From the IMG/VR virus record IMGVR_UViG_3300044987_001050, positions 1-64,000 of that record: 64,000 bases of DNA, one strand, 5' to 3'. This DNA is from a virus. The translations under genes were made by a program, and so were the position numbers. Below, in pieces: positions 1-9,642 of this stretch. Below the pieces are notes generated by a model. That model saw only the letters and a list, made by a program, of their open reading frames with translations, was not told where the DNA came from and ran no database searches. Every line of letters starts with the position of its first letter. Positions within the stretch are counted from its first letter, which is position 1.

Positions 1-284
1 AGTGTATTAACAGACGCGGGATTCCAGACCGGGTCTCGTTCGATCATGATCTTCACTTCGAGCACATTAGGCATTTCGTCGAGCACACGATGACAACTGG
101 ATACATCGAGTACGCAAACTTCACGGAGAAGACAGGCAAACACTGCGCTGACTTTCTCGTGAACCGAGTCTTCGAGATTGACTACCCAGCTCCGATTTGT
201 TATGTTCACACCGCGAACCACATCGGCCGCAAAGAAATTCGTAAATCCCTGTTTAGAATAGCAGGCAACAACATCACTTCATGA
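1..284 (+). CDS. Cyclic-phosphate-processing receiver-like domain protein (5' partial)
   Basis: Frame is open from position 3 (CINRRGIPDRVSFDHDL...EKTGKHCADFL...YVHTANHIG). The SFDHDL and VHT/SAN motifs match this stand-alone receiver family. Confidence 0.7.
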   Translation, partial: CINRRGIPDRVSFDHDLHFEHIRHFVEHTMTTGYIEYANFTEKTGKHCADFLVNRVFEIDYPAPICYVHTANHIGRKEIRKSLFRIAGNNITS

Positions 285-811
285 TCAACAAGATATTTTT
301 CGATCTCGACGAGACATTGCTTCATACCGAGGTTAACAACGATCCCGGCCAAGAGTGCTTCGTGCATAAATTCGACGGCTCGGACAAAACATACTACACA
401 ATCTTTCGGCCGAGCGCACTGAGTCTTCTCGCGTTCGCGCGCTCGCTCGTGGGCAATGAGAACGTCTATGCCCTAACAACTGGCACACGTGACTATGCTG
501 AACGCCTCAACGAAGCCGGCAAGTTTGGATGGCGCAACGATCAGATCATCGCGCGAGAAGACATTGAAGCTCATCAGTGGTATGGTGCATACGGCCAGGT
601 CAATTGTAACCAACACAAGACGCTTGCAAACAGCAGGAACGTATTGATCGACAATCTACCTTCTCGCGAAAACGAGAAAAAGATGTCTCTGATAGGGATA
701 GGCATCCCGAGATACATCAAAGTGGAATTCTACTGGGGCGTCAATTTCCCCGATGATCCTTTCGAGGAAGAAGTCAAGGAAGCCCTAACACGTCTACACA
801 ATGAAGAATAG
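281..811 (+). CDS. HAD-superfamily phosphatase, NIF/FCP1-like
   Basis: IFFDLDETLLH motif I, then FRP, T/S motif II and LIDN motif IV. Confidence 0.75.
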   Translation: MINKIFFDLDETLLHTEVNNDPGQECFVHKFDGSDKTYYTIFRPSALSLLAFARSLVGNENVYALTTGTRDYAERLNEAGKFGWRNDQIIAREDIEAHQWYGAYGQVNCNQHKTLANSRNVLIDNLPSRENEKKMSLIGIGIPRYIKVEFYWGVNFPDDPFEEEVKEALTRLHNEE

Positions 812-1091
812 AACAATCATCACGTGCATCGTCTATACCGAAATGGAACTGAACGCGGATTCGCGTGTTATCGGCTGGTGGTCTACTATTGAAGACGCTT
901 TGATCGGTCTCGGGCACTTCGGAGACGAATGCAAATGGTCATACGCGCTCTTCGAAGAATTCTACGAGGGCTTTCATCCATGGACTAGGCAAAAGATGTG
1001 GATGAAGTATGACAACACTGATCACGAATGGAAAGTTTATCATCCAGAAGAAAGCGACTTTACTCGCTGCATCAACCACGCCATTGGTTGA
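801..1091 (+). CDS. Hypothetical protein
   Basis: 96-aa ORF overlapping the upstream gene end. Confidence 0.6.
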   Translation: MKNRTIITCIVYTEMELNADSRVIGWWSTIEDALIGLGHFGDECKWSYALFEEFYEGFHPWTRQKMWMKYDNTDHEWKVYHPEESDFTRCINHAIG

Positions 1092-1212
1092 TAAATACTA
1101 CTGATGTATGAGGTAGATGATGAACAACCAATCTATACACGTCTTGATAAGATACTAATCGTAATCGTCGGCTTTCTTTTTAGCTTAATCGTAATTTGCT
1201 GCTTCTGTTCTT

Positions 1213-1770
1213 ATGAACTCTATTCCTTCTTCAACCCCTAAGCGATACTACGCGGGCATCGGTTCTCGTGAGACGCCTCTCGCGGTCCGGAAGCAGATGA
1301 CGAGTCTCGCTGAAATACTCGAAGGATTCTATGGGTTTACGTTGCGGTCGGGTAATGCTGATGGAGCTGACCAAGCATTCGCTCTTGGTGTAGATACTAA
1401 AGCAGATATCTGGTTGCCGTGGCCAACATTCAATAAAGAGTTTCGTAAGGTCAAGCCACTACATAACTACATCGAGATATCTGATTATGACGTGGAAGCA
1501 GAAACTTCTGTTAATGCGTACCATCCCAAGGGACCACTTCTCGGGCCCAAGTCGAGACAGTTCATGGCTCGTAATTATCGGCAAGTGATTGGCCTGAATG
1601 AGCCCAACTCCGAGTTCGTCATCGCATGGACCGAAGGCGGCGCAATGGCAGGCGGAACTGCTCAAGCGATGCGTATCGCTAAGAAGCATAACATCACGGT
1701 CGTCAACATGTTCGGTGATGTTTCGGCACAGCAAGTCATCGACTACCTTTCAATCTGGCATGAGCTCTAA
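1213..1770 (+). CDS. SLOG/DprA-like nucleotide-binding protein
   Basis: YAGIGSRETP, LRSGNADGADQAF, ARNYRQV and GGTAQAMRIA motifs typical of phage SLOG proteins. Confidence 0.8.
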   Translation: MNSIPSSTPKRYYAGIGSRETPLAVRKQMTSLAEILEGFYGFTLRSGNADGADQAFALGVDTKADIWLPWPTFNKEFRKVKPLHNYIEISDYDVEAETSVNAYHPKGPLLGPKSRQFMARNYRQVIGLNEPNSEFVIAWTEGGAMAGGTAQAMRIAKKHNITVVNMFGDVSAQQVIDYLSIWHEL

Positions 1771-2143
1771 ACCCAAGACAAAGCTTTATTGGCTTCACGA
1801 TGTCTCAAAGGAGACTCTGTTAACCATGGGAGTAAGACCCTCTTCTATCTGCGAGAACATTACGGTAGACAGCCTTACTCAGTGCGAGATGACACTGTCT
1901 CAAGCGAAGTCGCTCATCCCTAAAGAGACTCCTTACTGCTACAAAACTATCGGCATGGGCGATGGGAAACCAAAGTTCGTGTACTGCCCTTACTGGGACA
2001 AGATTCAGCAGTTCCCTCATCAAGGAAATGGTTACTGCCACTTCATGGCAAAAGGCGATGATGCAATGGGCGGTCTGCTCTGGGATCAGATCAAGGAGTG
2101 CGGAGTTTCAGACGATCCCGGCCCTGAGCCTGATGACTTTTAG
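1760..2143 (+). CDS. Cys-containing hypothetical phage protein
   Basis: ATG at 1760; YCY...CPYW...YCHF...LLWDQIKECG pattern. Confidence 0.55.
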   Translation: MSSKPKTKLYWLHDVSKETLLTMGVRPSSICENITVDSLTQCEMTLSQAKSLIPKETPYCYKTIGMGDGKPKFVYCPYWDKIQQFPHQGNGYCHFMAKGDDAMGGLLWDQIKECGVSDDPGPEPDDF

Positions 2144-2144
2144 A

Positions 2145-2173
2145 TTTACTTTTCGTCCTTGATTTGATACAAT
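2145..2173 (+). promoter_or_regulatory. Sigma70-type early promoter (TTTACT-N17-TACAAT)
   Basis: -35 at 2145-2150, -10 at 2168-2173, ATG 8 nt downstream. Confidence 0.7.
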
Positions 2174-2181
2174 ACTTCATA

Positions 2182-3276
2182 ATGATACTCCCTGACCAAG
2201 AAACCTTTGACTACAAAGAGTGCACCATTGGCGGTGACCTTTGCTGGCTAATTCAGCCGCAGCGCATGGGTGTAAAGTGGACTGATGAGAATGCGCGGTT
2301 TCGTTCTGCGATAGTTCGTCAGTCAGACAACCTGGTTATCTCTCAGGGGTTCCGCAAGTTTGTTAACTTCCATGAGACTCCATCATTTGAGCCATGGCAA
2401 AATCAATGGCCTGTTGAAGCGCGTCACAAGATCGACGGATCGCTTCTGATTGTCTCCAAGTACAAAGGCGAACTTATCATCCGCACCCGTGGAACCATCG
2501 ATGCTCGCAAGATGCCGAACGGCCATGAGATTGATTTGCTAATCGAGAAGCATCCGGATGCATTTGACAACGGATGGCTTAACCGCGAGATGCATTCATT
2601 CTTGTTTGAGTGGACTACTCCAACAAACATCATCGTGATCCGTGAAGACACGAAGCCCACGCTTCGACTGATCGGTATTGTTGATCATGCGACCGCTTGG
2701 TATGAAAACCAAACTACACTCGACATCGTTGCTGAAAAGCTGAATGTTCTTCGACCGCTTCCGTATGACTTCAAGAATGTCATCGAGTGCCGATCAACAG
2801 TGATGCCTTGGAAGGGCAAGGAAGGTGTCGTGATCTATTCACCATGCGGACAAATCCTCAAGAAGTTTAAGTCTACTGAGTACAACGATATGCACCGTTT
2901 GGCTGCAGGTCTATCAACTATCGGCGGTATCCTCGAGACCTATCTGAATGCCCCTGAGTACTTCGAGACAGTTGATGAGTTCCGAACGTATGTTGAAACT
3001 ACCGCTGACTTTGAAATAGCGGAGCGCAACATGCCTTTCATTGAGAGCGTGATTGATGCTTATGAGCATGTCCTCAATAATATGCAACTAGGTCAGATGT
3101 TTGTTGATAACATGCTAGAGGATGGATGGCCTATAGCCGTTGCTGATCAAGCAAAGCATATCATCAAGCATCTCAGCCAGTATCCACGCGCCTTCGCATT
3201 CAACCATCTTCACAAGCGCCCCGTTGAGAAGCAACTCATCAAGAACGCAATGAAACACCACCTCGGCATCCGATGA
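2182..3276 (+). CDS. RNA ligase, T4 Rnl1-like
   Basis: KFVN, motif I KIDGSL, FLFE, EGVV and motif V KFKS. Confidence 0.8.
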   Translation: MILPDQETFDYKECTIGGDLCWLIQPQRMGVKWTDENARFRSAIVRQSDNLVISQGFRKFVNFHETPSFEPWQNQWPVEARHKIDGSLLIVSKYKGELIIRTRGTIDARKMPNGHEIDLLIEKHPDAFDNGWLNREMHSFLFEWTTPTNIIVIREDTKPTLRLIGIVDHATAWYENQTTLDIVAEKLNVLRPLPYDFKNVIECRSTVMPWKGKEGVVIYSPCGQILKKFKSTEYNDMHRLAAGLSTIGGILETYLNAPEYFETVDEFRTYVETTADFEIAERNMPFIESVIDAYEHVLNNMQLGQMFVDNMLEDGWPIAVADQAKHIIKHLSQYPRAFAFNHLHKRPVEKQLIKNAMKHHLGIR

Positions 3277-3662
3277 AAAAGATAACACACTTTGAGCGAG
3301 ACGATGGTCGTATCTTCGGCAAGAATGAGAATGGAACTTTCTCGCTTCTTCCAGTGGATCCTGACCACCTCAACCATGAGTATACTGAGGAGGCATTGCT
3401 GAGATGCAAGCCCGAGATTCAGCCTGTTTATGAAAAGTGCGGATGCCATTTCTGCACTGAAATAATCCCAAGAGAGCAACGGATTCGTGAAGCGTTGCCG
3501 CCTTCGCTGCACGCAGATCTTGAGTACATCCTATCTGCATACGGAGCAGACTCGCTTGACAAGGATGTCGCCGAAGCGAAACTCGATGGCGAATGGCCAG
3601 GCTGGGAATGGATGAAAGAAGCAAAGGAGAAACAGCATGAAATACTTTCCACTAAACTTTGA
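3273..3662 (+). CDS. Hypothetical protein
   Basis: ATGA-coupled to the ligase. Confidence 0.55.
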   Translation: MKKITHFERDDGRIFGKNENGTFSLLPVDPDHLNHEYTEEALLRCKPEIQPVYEKCGCHFCTEIIPREQRIREALPPSLHADLEYILSAYGADSLDKDVAEAKLDGEWPGWEWMKEAKEKQHEILSTKL

Positions 3663-4179
3663 ATACAACCAAGGCATTCCGATTAACTCCCACCCAGGAG
3701 CATTTGGCGCTGCCCGCAAATTTAACTTCCACGAGGGTGTTGATCTCTACGGAAAGGCCGGAACCTTTGTCTATGCAATCAATCCGGGTGTTGTCATCTC
3801 GAACGAACGATTCACTGGTCCTGATGTAGGCCATCCTTGGTGGCTATCTACTGATGCTGTCACGATCAAATCTGACACTGAGTACTTCGTGTATGGCGAA
3901 CTTAAGTCAGCTCTTAAGGTTGGCCATGTCGTTAGTGCAGGCGACTGCATTGGCGTGCTAGTTCCCGTTCTTCCGCCTGAGAAGATTCGTGCCGACATTC
4001 CTAAGCATTCGAACGTGATGCTTCACCTTGAGAAGTGGAACTTCAAGTATAACGAATCAATTGGGTGGCGAGCATGGACAACTCGCGAGAATAGACCCGA
4101 ATGGCTTGAAGATCCAACTAATGATCTCATCGAAGTCCTACTTTCAAAACACCGCCGTATAGAACTACTTACCGTATGA
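3637..4179 (+). CDS. M23-family metallopeptidase
   Basis: FGAARK..HEGVDL (HxxxD), VKxGD-like VSAGD and MLHLE motifs. Confidence 0.75.
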   Translation: MKYFPLNFEYNQGIPINSHPGAFGAARKFNFHEGVDLYGKAGTFVYAINPGVVISNERFTGPDVGHPWWLSTDAVTIKSDTEYFVYGELKSALKVGHVVSAGDCIGVLVPVLPPEKIRADIPKHSNVMLHLEKWNFKYNESIGWRAWTTRENRPEWLEDPTNDLIEVLLSKHRRIELLTV

Positions 4180-4538
4180 AACGGCCTGAAGGAACATTTA
4201 GATTATGCGATGCTGAGAATTTCGCCGTTCAATCAGCAAAGTTGTTTGTCGGCTTTATGAAATTCTGTTGGATTTCCATAGTAGCAGGCAGTATTTTAGT
4301 CATCATCAGTCAACACACATGAACAGCCAAGAACTATTTGAAGACCGCGTCTTCTGTGATTATTTCATCAAAGGGATTTCCTTTGCTGAGCCCAGACAAT
4401 TTGCGGACACACGTAACGACCTCTTCAAGGACAAGCTCTGTGAGCGAACTCCTAATGGACTAGATTATGTTAGGCCAGAGATCAGCGCGATGTGGAACGG
4501 CTGGAAGCTCGCAATCAAATTTCACGACCGACTAACTC

Positions 4539-4796
4539 ATGAGTAACCATCCGCAATACACGCGCGTCCTGCGCTTGCCTAACAATTCATCAATACTCAA
4601 GACTCGCGAGATTGAACTCGCAGACTTTGTCTACACAGGCGTTGACGAAGAAATGGACACGGCTCTTGTCATAAAGAATCGGTATGGCCCGAGCGGAAGA
4701 ATGAGTCTAGCTCGCGCTCGTGAATGGATGACTCATACTCTTTGGTATGATGTTATTCAAGAGAACCAAAACCCGTGCAATGAAATCCCTCTTTAG
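4539..4796 (+). CDS. Hypothetical protein with a DnaB-C-terminal-like KNRYG motif
   Basis: IELADFV...VIKNRYGPSG resembles the SF4 helicase C-terminal motifs; there is no Walker A. Confidence 0.4.
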   Translation: MSNHPQYTRVLRLPNNSSILKTREIELADFVYTGVDEEMDTALVIKNRYGPSGRMSLARAREWMTHTLWYDVIQENQNPCNEIPL

Positions 4797-4799
4797 TGA

Positions 4800-4828
4800 T
4801 TTACATTCAGCTAAATGTGTGATAAGAT
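4800..4828 (+). promoter_or_regulatory. Early promoter (TTTACA-N17-TAAGAT)
   Basis: 17-nt spacer, intergenic. Confidence 0.6.
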
Positions 4829-4848
4829 TCAACTGAACTAAAACCAAT

Positions 4849-5121
4849 ATGTGGCCATTCAATAAAAAGAAAATCGTGAAGCCTGCTACTCCTCAGCGCA
4901 GACGCTATGACAATGACTCAAACTCCAACGCATCTGCTATGATTGCTGCGGATACATTGCTTGACACTGTTATGCTCGCGTCTGTAATGTCAGACCCAGC
5001 ACCAGTCTATCACAATCACGCCGAGGCTTATGACTGCGGATCGTCATACAGTTCTGGCTCGTCATACGACTCAGGCAGCAGCGATTGCGGTGGGTGTGAC
5101 TGTGGAGGAGGAGGCGACTAA
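4849..5121 (+). CDS. Small protein with Ser/Gly/Asp/Cys-rich tail
   Basis: Ends YDCGSSYSSGSSYDSGSSDCGGCDCGGGGD, a low-complexity tail common in phage ORFs. Confidence 0.6.
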   Translation: MWPFNKKKIVKPATPQRRRYDNDSNSNASAMIAADTLLDTVMLASVMSDPAPVYHNHAEAYDCGSSYSSGSSYDSGSSDCGGCDCGGGGD

Positions 5122-5122
5122 T

Positions 5123-5944
5123 ATGTCAGAACTTTCAGACAGACTCGAAACGGCTGAGATGCTGAACTTTGGTAATCCCGTCAACTACGCCGGGCCTTAT
5201 TACCAAAACACCATCTCTGTTATTCGGAAGTCGGACTTCGACTTTTTCCAGCCATACATCAGAGCGGCTCGGTCCGATCGAAAGAAGGACGCCGCTCTTG
5301 CTGAAGAAGTTCGACAACTTCCAGGCAGACTGTTTGATCGACTATTTTTCTTCGATGCCGGGTATAGTTATGTGCTGCCCGATAAAGTCTTGGAAAGTGC
5401 TGAGCAAATTCATAAGTACTTTGTTTCCAATCACCACATTCTGATTGGGCCGCAGTGCAAATACTCAGGCCAGTACATTCATCGTGATGGTGACGTCTCT
5501 GATAGGAATAACATCTTCAATGAATTGGTAACCACCGCTAACTATAAATTCTTCGGGCGGTCTTCGCTTATCGTTGAAGGAGTAGAGTTCTTTGTTAGGA
5601 TGTTCCGAGTCGAAGGCGAGTATGATCTTCCTTGGCTCACGGTCTATCCGCGGAAAATGCGCGGGATTCTGCTCGGCATTTACAACTCGGATGATGAAGA
5701 CAACGATGAGTATCACGACATTCTTCACTTCTTCGATCAAGAGACAGGCGAGTTTGATTATGAGTCAGGCATCATCTTTGCTAAGGATGTTGACGACGAC
5801 GAAGAAGTTGAACGTGAGATCGAAGACTGGGTTCACGAGTATGTCGACCCTGAAGACGACAACGTAACCATCACAGTTGTCGAAGATGAGCGAGGGTCGC
5901 CTGTCAAACTCGACAACGCTCTCACAGTAACAATTGACTTATGA
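5123..5944 (+). CDS. Hypothetical protein with acidic C-terminus
   Basis: ATG at 5123 follows the upstream stop; ATGA-coupled to coaB. Confidence 0.6.
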   Translation: MSELSDRLETAEMLNFGNPVNYAGPYYQNTISVIRKSDFDFFQPYIRAARSDRKKDAALAEEVRQLPGRLFDRLFFFDAGYSYVLPDKVLESAEQIHKYFVSNHHILIGPQCKYSGQYIHRDGDVSDRNNIFNELVTTANYKFFGRSSLIVEGVEFFVRMFRVEGEYDLPWLTVYPRKMRGILLGIYNSDDEDNDEYHDILHFFDQETGEFDYESGIIFAKDVDDDEEVEREIEDWVHEYVDPEDDNVTITVVEDERGSPVKLDNALTVTIDL

Positions 5945-6606
5945 AGACACTAATCACATCAGGCGGATGCAAGGTTCCGATCGACGATGTTCGCCACATC
6001 GGTAACTTTTCGTCGGGACGCTACGGCATCGAGATCGCAAAGGGATTCACTGATTACACAGATGAAGTAATCTTGTTCCGCGAAAAGGGATCGGCATTCT
6101 TTGATGAGAACTGGTGTGACCTGCATAACGCAGAAGACACTTTCACCAACATGGAGTATCGTGATTACTTCGAGTATCTCGAAGTGAAAAAGATCATCAC
6201 GCAGTGGAGGCCTGATGTCATCATCTCAGCCGCGGCTATTTCCGATTATATCGTGGATAAGACAGAAGGCAAGATCTCATCGGCTGGCGATGAACTTGTG
6301 ATCCGGCTTCGCAAAGGCGAGAAGGTCATTCAGTCGTTCCGTGCGCTTGCTCCGAATGCAATCATCGTCGGATTCAAACTGCTCGTCTCGCCGACTGATG
6401 ACGAGAAGTGGATGGCAATCAACAAAGTCTTTGACTCAGGCGTGAACTACGTCGTCTATAACGACCTAACAGAACTGAGAAAAGGCAATCCTCAGCGATA
6501 CGTTTATCGGCGTGACTCGCTCGGCATCATTCTCGCGGGCGTCTTGCAACGTGGCTGGGAACTCGCGAATATCGTCGAAGACAAATTCAAAGGGAAGATT
6601 CTATGA
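5941..6606 (+). CDS. coaB: Phosphopantothenate-cysteine ligase (CoaB-like)
   Basis: LITSGGCKVPIDDVRHIGNFSSGRYG, AAAISDY and VGFKL are CoaB/DFP signatures. Confidence 0.85.
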   Translation: MKTLITSGGCKVPIDDVRHIGNFSSGRYGIEIAKGFTDYTDEVILFREKGSAFFDENWCDLHNAEDTFTNMEYRDYFEYLEVKKIITQWRPDVIISAAAISDYIVDKTEGKISSAGDELVIRLRKGEKVIQSFRALAPNAIIVGFKLLVSPTDDEKWMAINKVFDSGVNYVVYNDLTELRKGNPQRYVYRRDSLGIILAGVLQRGWELANIVEDKFKGKIL

Positions 6607-7154
6607 AAATTTTGTTAGGAGTCACAGGTTCAATCGCATCAGTCCTAACAGACAAGATGCTTAGCGAGTTGTCGGCTGCAGGCCATACGACGGCACTTGT
6701 AGTAACACTGTCTGCACTAAAGATCGGCGAGAACTATTCGAAGGAAGTCGAAAGCCTTAAGAATTCAGACGCATACTATGATGACACACATGAGTGGTCT
6801 CGGTACAAAACTGATCAAGAGGTACTTCACATCGGGCTGACTAAGTGGGCCGACATTTTCGTCGTTGCTCCATGCTCAGCTAACACGCTCGCAAAGATTG
6901 CAAATGGGCTGTGTGACAATCTCCTAACATGTTGCGCTCGCGCGTGGCCAATCGAGAAGAAGAGAATGATCATCGCTCCTGCAATGAATACCCAAATGTG
7001 GAAGCATCCAATCACTCATGAGCATGTGCATGCCGTGAAGCAATGGGATGTCGAGATCGTCTATCCTCAAACCAAGAAACTTTACTGTGGAGATGAAGGG
7101 CCTGGTGCAATGGCTGATATCTCCGACATCCTCAAACGAATAGACTACCAATGA
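6603..7154 (+). CDS. coaC: Phosphopantothenoylcysteine decarboxylase (CoaC, HFCD flavoprotein)
   Basis: ILLGVTGSIA, LHI, APCSANTLAKIANGLCDNLLT, PAMNTQMW and LYCGDEGPGAM motifs. Confidence 0.9.
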   Translation: MKILLGVTGSIASVLTDKMLSELSAAGHTTALVVTLSALKIGENYSKEVESLKNSDAYYDDTHEWSRYKTDQEVLHIGLTKWADIFVVAPCSANTLAKIANGLCDNLLTCCARAWPIEKKRMIIAPAMNTQMWKHPITHEHVHAVKQWDVEIVYPQTKKLYCGDEGPGAMADISDILKRIDYQ

Positions 7155-7457
7155 GCGTCCACGACGAACACCGCAGAACTTACACTTGCTCTCGATGCAA
7201 GCAAACATTCCGTGCAGGATCTGAATACTTGCACGGCACAGGAATATGCACACCCACACTCGCTGATATGGCACTAGCAGAAGCAAACAAGAAACCCGCG
7301 GCAGTACCAGCTCCGCGACGCAATCTCGCGCTCGAGAATTACATCGCGTTAGGACAGGCTATCGAGGATTCAGGCGGGAGACCGTTTGTCGTTCTCGAAC
7401 AGTTCAAGCCTTTACTCGACATTCTAGCGTCCAACAAGATCTCAATCAAAGCAAAGC

Positions 7458-7838
7458 ATGAATCCGCTCTCCTTCAGAATCCGTGATATTGCAAACAACT
7501 GCTTTGAGTATCATCAAGTAGGATGCCGCCAATTCTTGATAGGTCTCGATGGTATTGTCTATGACGGGCAAGGAAATCCGTATGACGAGAAATACATCAT
7601 CAATCGGTGGTGCGGACTCGTAACATATCTGTCCGACTATATCTATGAAGGCGACATGGTTGAATACTATCAGGGCTCGGGGTTCTCGTCCCGTGGGCCT
7701 TACTTCGCAACAATCGAGTTCTTCAATTACGGCTGGTGCTTTCGAGAGAAGGGCGGCTTCTTTCCAACGCCAATGTACAATGTTGAAGACATTCGCGTGA
7801 TCGGAAACATTTATGACGGACTTAACAAAGATGAATGA
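7458..7838 (+). CDS. YopX-family protein
   Basis: FR at the N-terminus, IYEGD and VIGNIY motifs. Confidence 0.7.
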   Translation: MNPLSFRIRDIANNCFEYHQVGCRQFLIGLDGIVYDGQGNPYDEKYIINRWCGLVTYLSDYIYEGDMVEYYQGSGFSSRGPYFATIEFFNYGWCFREKGGFFPTPMYNVEDIRVIGNIYDGLNKDE

Positions 7839-8072
7839 TAACGCGCTAGAAATACTAAACGCGATTCGACGGCAGCTGCCGGTTGGCTACATTCCTAATC
7901 ACACAAACGAGAACTTGCCAGCGATGGTTGCATATCACGTTGAACGATCCGCAAGGTTAGGCAAGATTGAGGATGAAGCATCCGCCATGCTTGAAGACGA
8001 TGATGGCATCGACATTAAAACAGCGATTCAGTTCCTAGCAGAAATCGTTGATGCGGCTGATTGATTTTCGTA

Positions 8073-8101
8073 TTTACATTCGTGCATTGATTTGATACAA
8101 T
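8073..8101 (+). promoter_or_regulatory. Early promoter (TTTACA-N17-TACAAT)
   Basis: 17-nt spacer; ATG at 8107. Confidence 0.7.
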
Positions 8102-8106
8102 TCGGC

Positions 8107-8421
8107 ATGCCTGAAACGGATTCGCTTAAATATGTTCGAGAGCACATTGCTTTAGGAACTGGCTGGACATTCGTGTTAGCGCACGACTCAAAGTATTGGA
8201 CAGACCCATCAGGTCGCTATGTTGGCGGTGGGACGCATGACCCACTTCCAAAGTACATAGACTCTCTCGAGGACATTCAGGAAGCCGTGAAAAGCTTGAG
8301 TCCTACTCAATTCCGCGAATGGAAATCTGCGCTTTGCAATGTTTGTGCTGCTCTTGGGCATGATCCTATCATTGCTTCCGCGCATTCCCGGACGCTCGCA
8401 CTTTACAAAATTCTCCCTTGA
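8107..8421 (+). CDS. Hypothetical protein (phage ABA-sandwich-like)
   Basis: IA..GW...LPKY..SL pattern. Confidence 0.45.
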   Translation: MPETDSLKYVREHIALGTGWTFVLAHDSKYWTDPSGRYVGGGTHDPLPKYIDSLEDIQEAVKSLSPTQFREWKSALCNVCAALGHDPIIASAHSRTLALYKILP

Positions 8422-8434
8422 ACTATAACACGTA

Positions 8435-9355
8435 ATGAACATCAAATCACAAACATTTCACCCCTACGTCATTAACTTAAGTCCTGGATTTGCGCCGATG
8501 CCGTCAAACCATGACCCGCTTGAGTTCAACCTCTCGACCTTTCCCGGCGGAGAGCCGCACTTCTTTTTCAAGAATGTCCCGTCAAACGCGCGCGATCTTG
8601 TCATCACTCAACGGTATAACACCGTCGCTGACCTGATGCTTATCATCATCGTGAATGATGCCGCCCGCCGAGCCGGATTCACGAACATCGAGCTGGTGCT
8701 ACCTTACTTCCCAGGAGCAAGACAAGACCGTGTTTGCAATCCTGGCGAGGCGTTGACTGTGAAGGTCTTTGCCGACCTCATCAACGGTTGCAACTTCTCG
8801 AAGGTCTATATTTACTCGCCGCACTCCGAGGTTACACCTGCCGTCATCAATAACGTCGAGTTGATTGAGCGTGACGAGAAGTTCTTGCACGAGCTAATCG
8901 TGAAGTGCAATTACCACACATACAAAGAGATCAACATCGTCTGCCCTGACGCAGGCGCAGGTAAGCGAGTGTCCAAACTCGCGAAGAGTGTCGCCACCGA
9001 ATTTCCTAAACTTAAGGTGAACCTCATTCGGTGTGAGAAGGTTCGCGATGTTGTCACGGGCGAACTCAAGGAGTTCTTCGTGCAAGCGGATAACCTTGAT
9101 TTCTATCCGACAATCATTTGTGATGACATCGTTGCATACGGCGGAACCTTCAGGGGACTTGGTTCGGCTCTTCAGAAAAAGAGCGCGGGCGACCTCACCT
9201 TGTTCACATCTCACGCCGATTGCATCGAAGGCCTTGAAGCGATGGCGAAATACTTCACGCATGTCTTCACGTCCAACTCCAAACAAGACTGGACTTTGTC
9301 GCATCTGCCGCCCAACGTATCCGACAGGTTCACGTGCTTCAAGATCTACCTATAA
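8435..9355 (+). CDS. prs: Ribose-phosphate pyrophosphokinase-like protein (possible ADPR-PP synthetase)
   Basis: FPGGE, LPYFPGARQDR, PHS, CPDAGA, KVRD and DDIVAYGGTF PRPP-binding loop. Confidence 0.9.
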   Translation: MNIKSQTFHPYVINLSPGFAPMPSNHDPLEFNLSTFPGGEPHFFFKNVPSNARDLVITQRYNTVADLMLIIIVNDAARRAGFTNIELVLPYFPGARQDRVCNPGEALTVKVFADLINGCNFSKVYIYSPHSEVTPAVINNVELIERDEKFLHELIVKCNYHTYKEINIVCPDAGAGKRVSKLAKSVATEFPKLKVNLIRCEKVRDVVTGELKEFFVQADNLDFYPTIICDDIVAYGGTFRGLGSALQKKSAGDLTLFTSHADCIEGLEAMAKYFTHVFTSNSKQDWTLSHLPPNVSDRFTCFKIYL

Positions 9356-9362
9356 ACACACT

Positions 9363-9641
9363 ATGAAAATAACATTGCTATTAGCTGCCATTGCAGCAAC
9401 TTTATTTACCACATCATGTACTGAAAACGCCCGCGCGAAAGCTTGGGGCGGTACAGCAACCGTCGATCTCGCACCTAACACAAAGCTCATCGGAGCAACG
9501 TGGAAGGAAGCTGATCTTTGGTACCTCACTCGGCCAATGCGCGCCGATGAAGTAGCCGAAACCTCTTCGCTCATCGAGCAATCCAATTTCGGCCTTGTCG
9601 AAGGCAAGGTCGTCTTCAAAGAAAACAAAACAAACAACTAA
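9363..9641 (+). CDS. Lipoprotein
   Basis: MK + hydrophobic stretch + lipobox FTTSC. Confidence 0.65.
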   Translation: MKITLLLAAIAATLFTTSCTENARAKAWGGTATVDLAPNTKLIGATWKEADLWYLTRPMRADEVAETSSLIEQSNFGLVEGKVVFKENKTNN

Positions 9642-9642
9642 T

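Noticed and set aside
4849-7154. Cys/Ser/Gly-rich peptide plus HFCD flavoprotein as a RiPP (AviCys) cluster
   Set aside because: The peptide ends in Asp, not Cys; the flavoprotein is coupled to a clear CoaB; such tails are common in phage ORFs.
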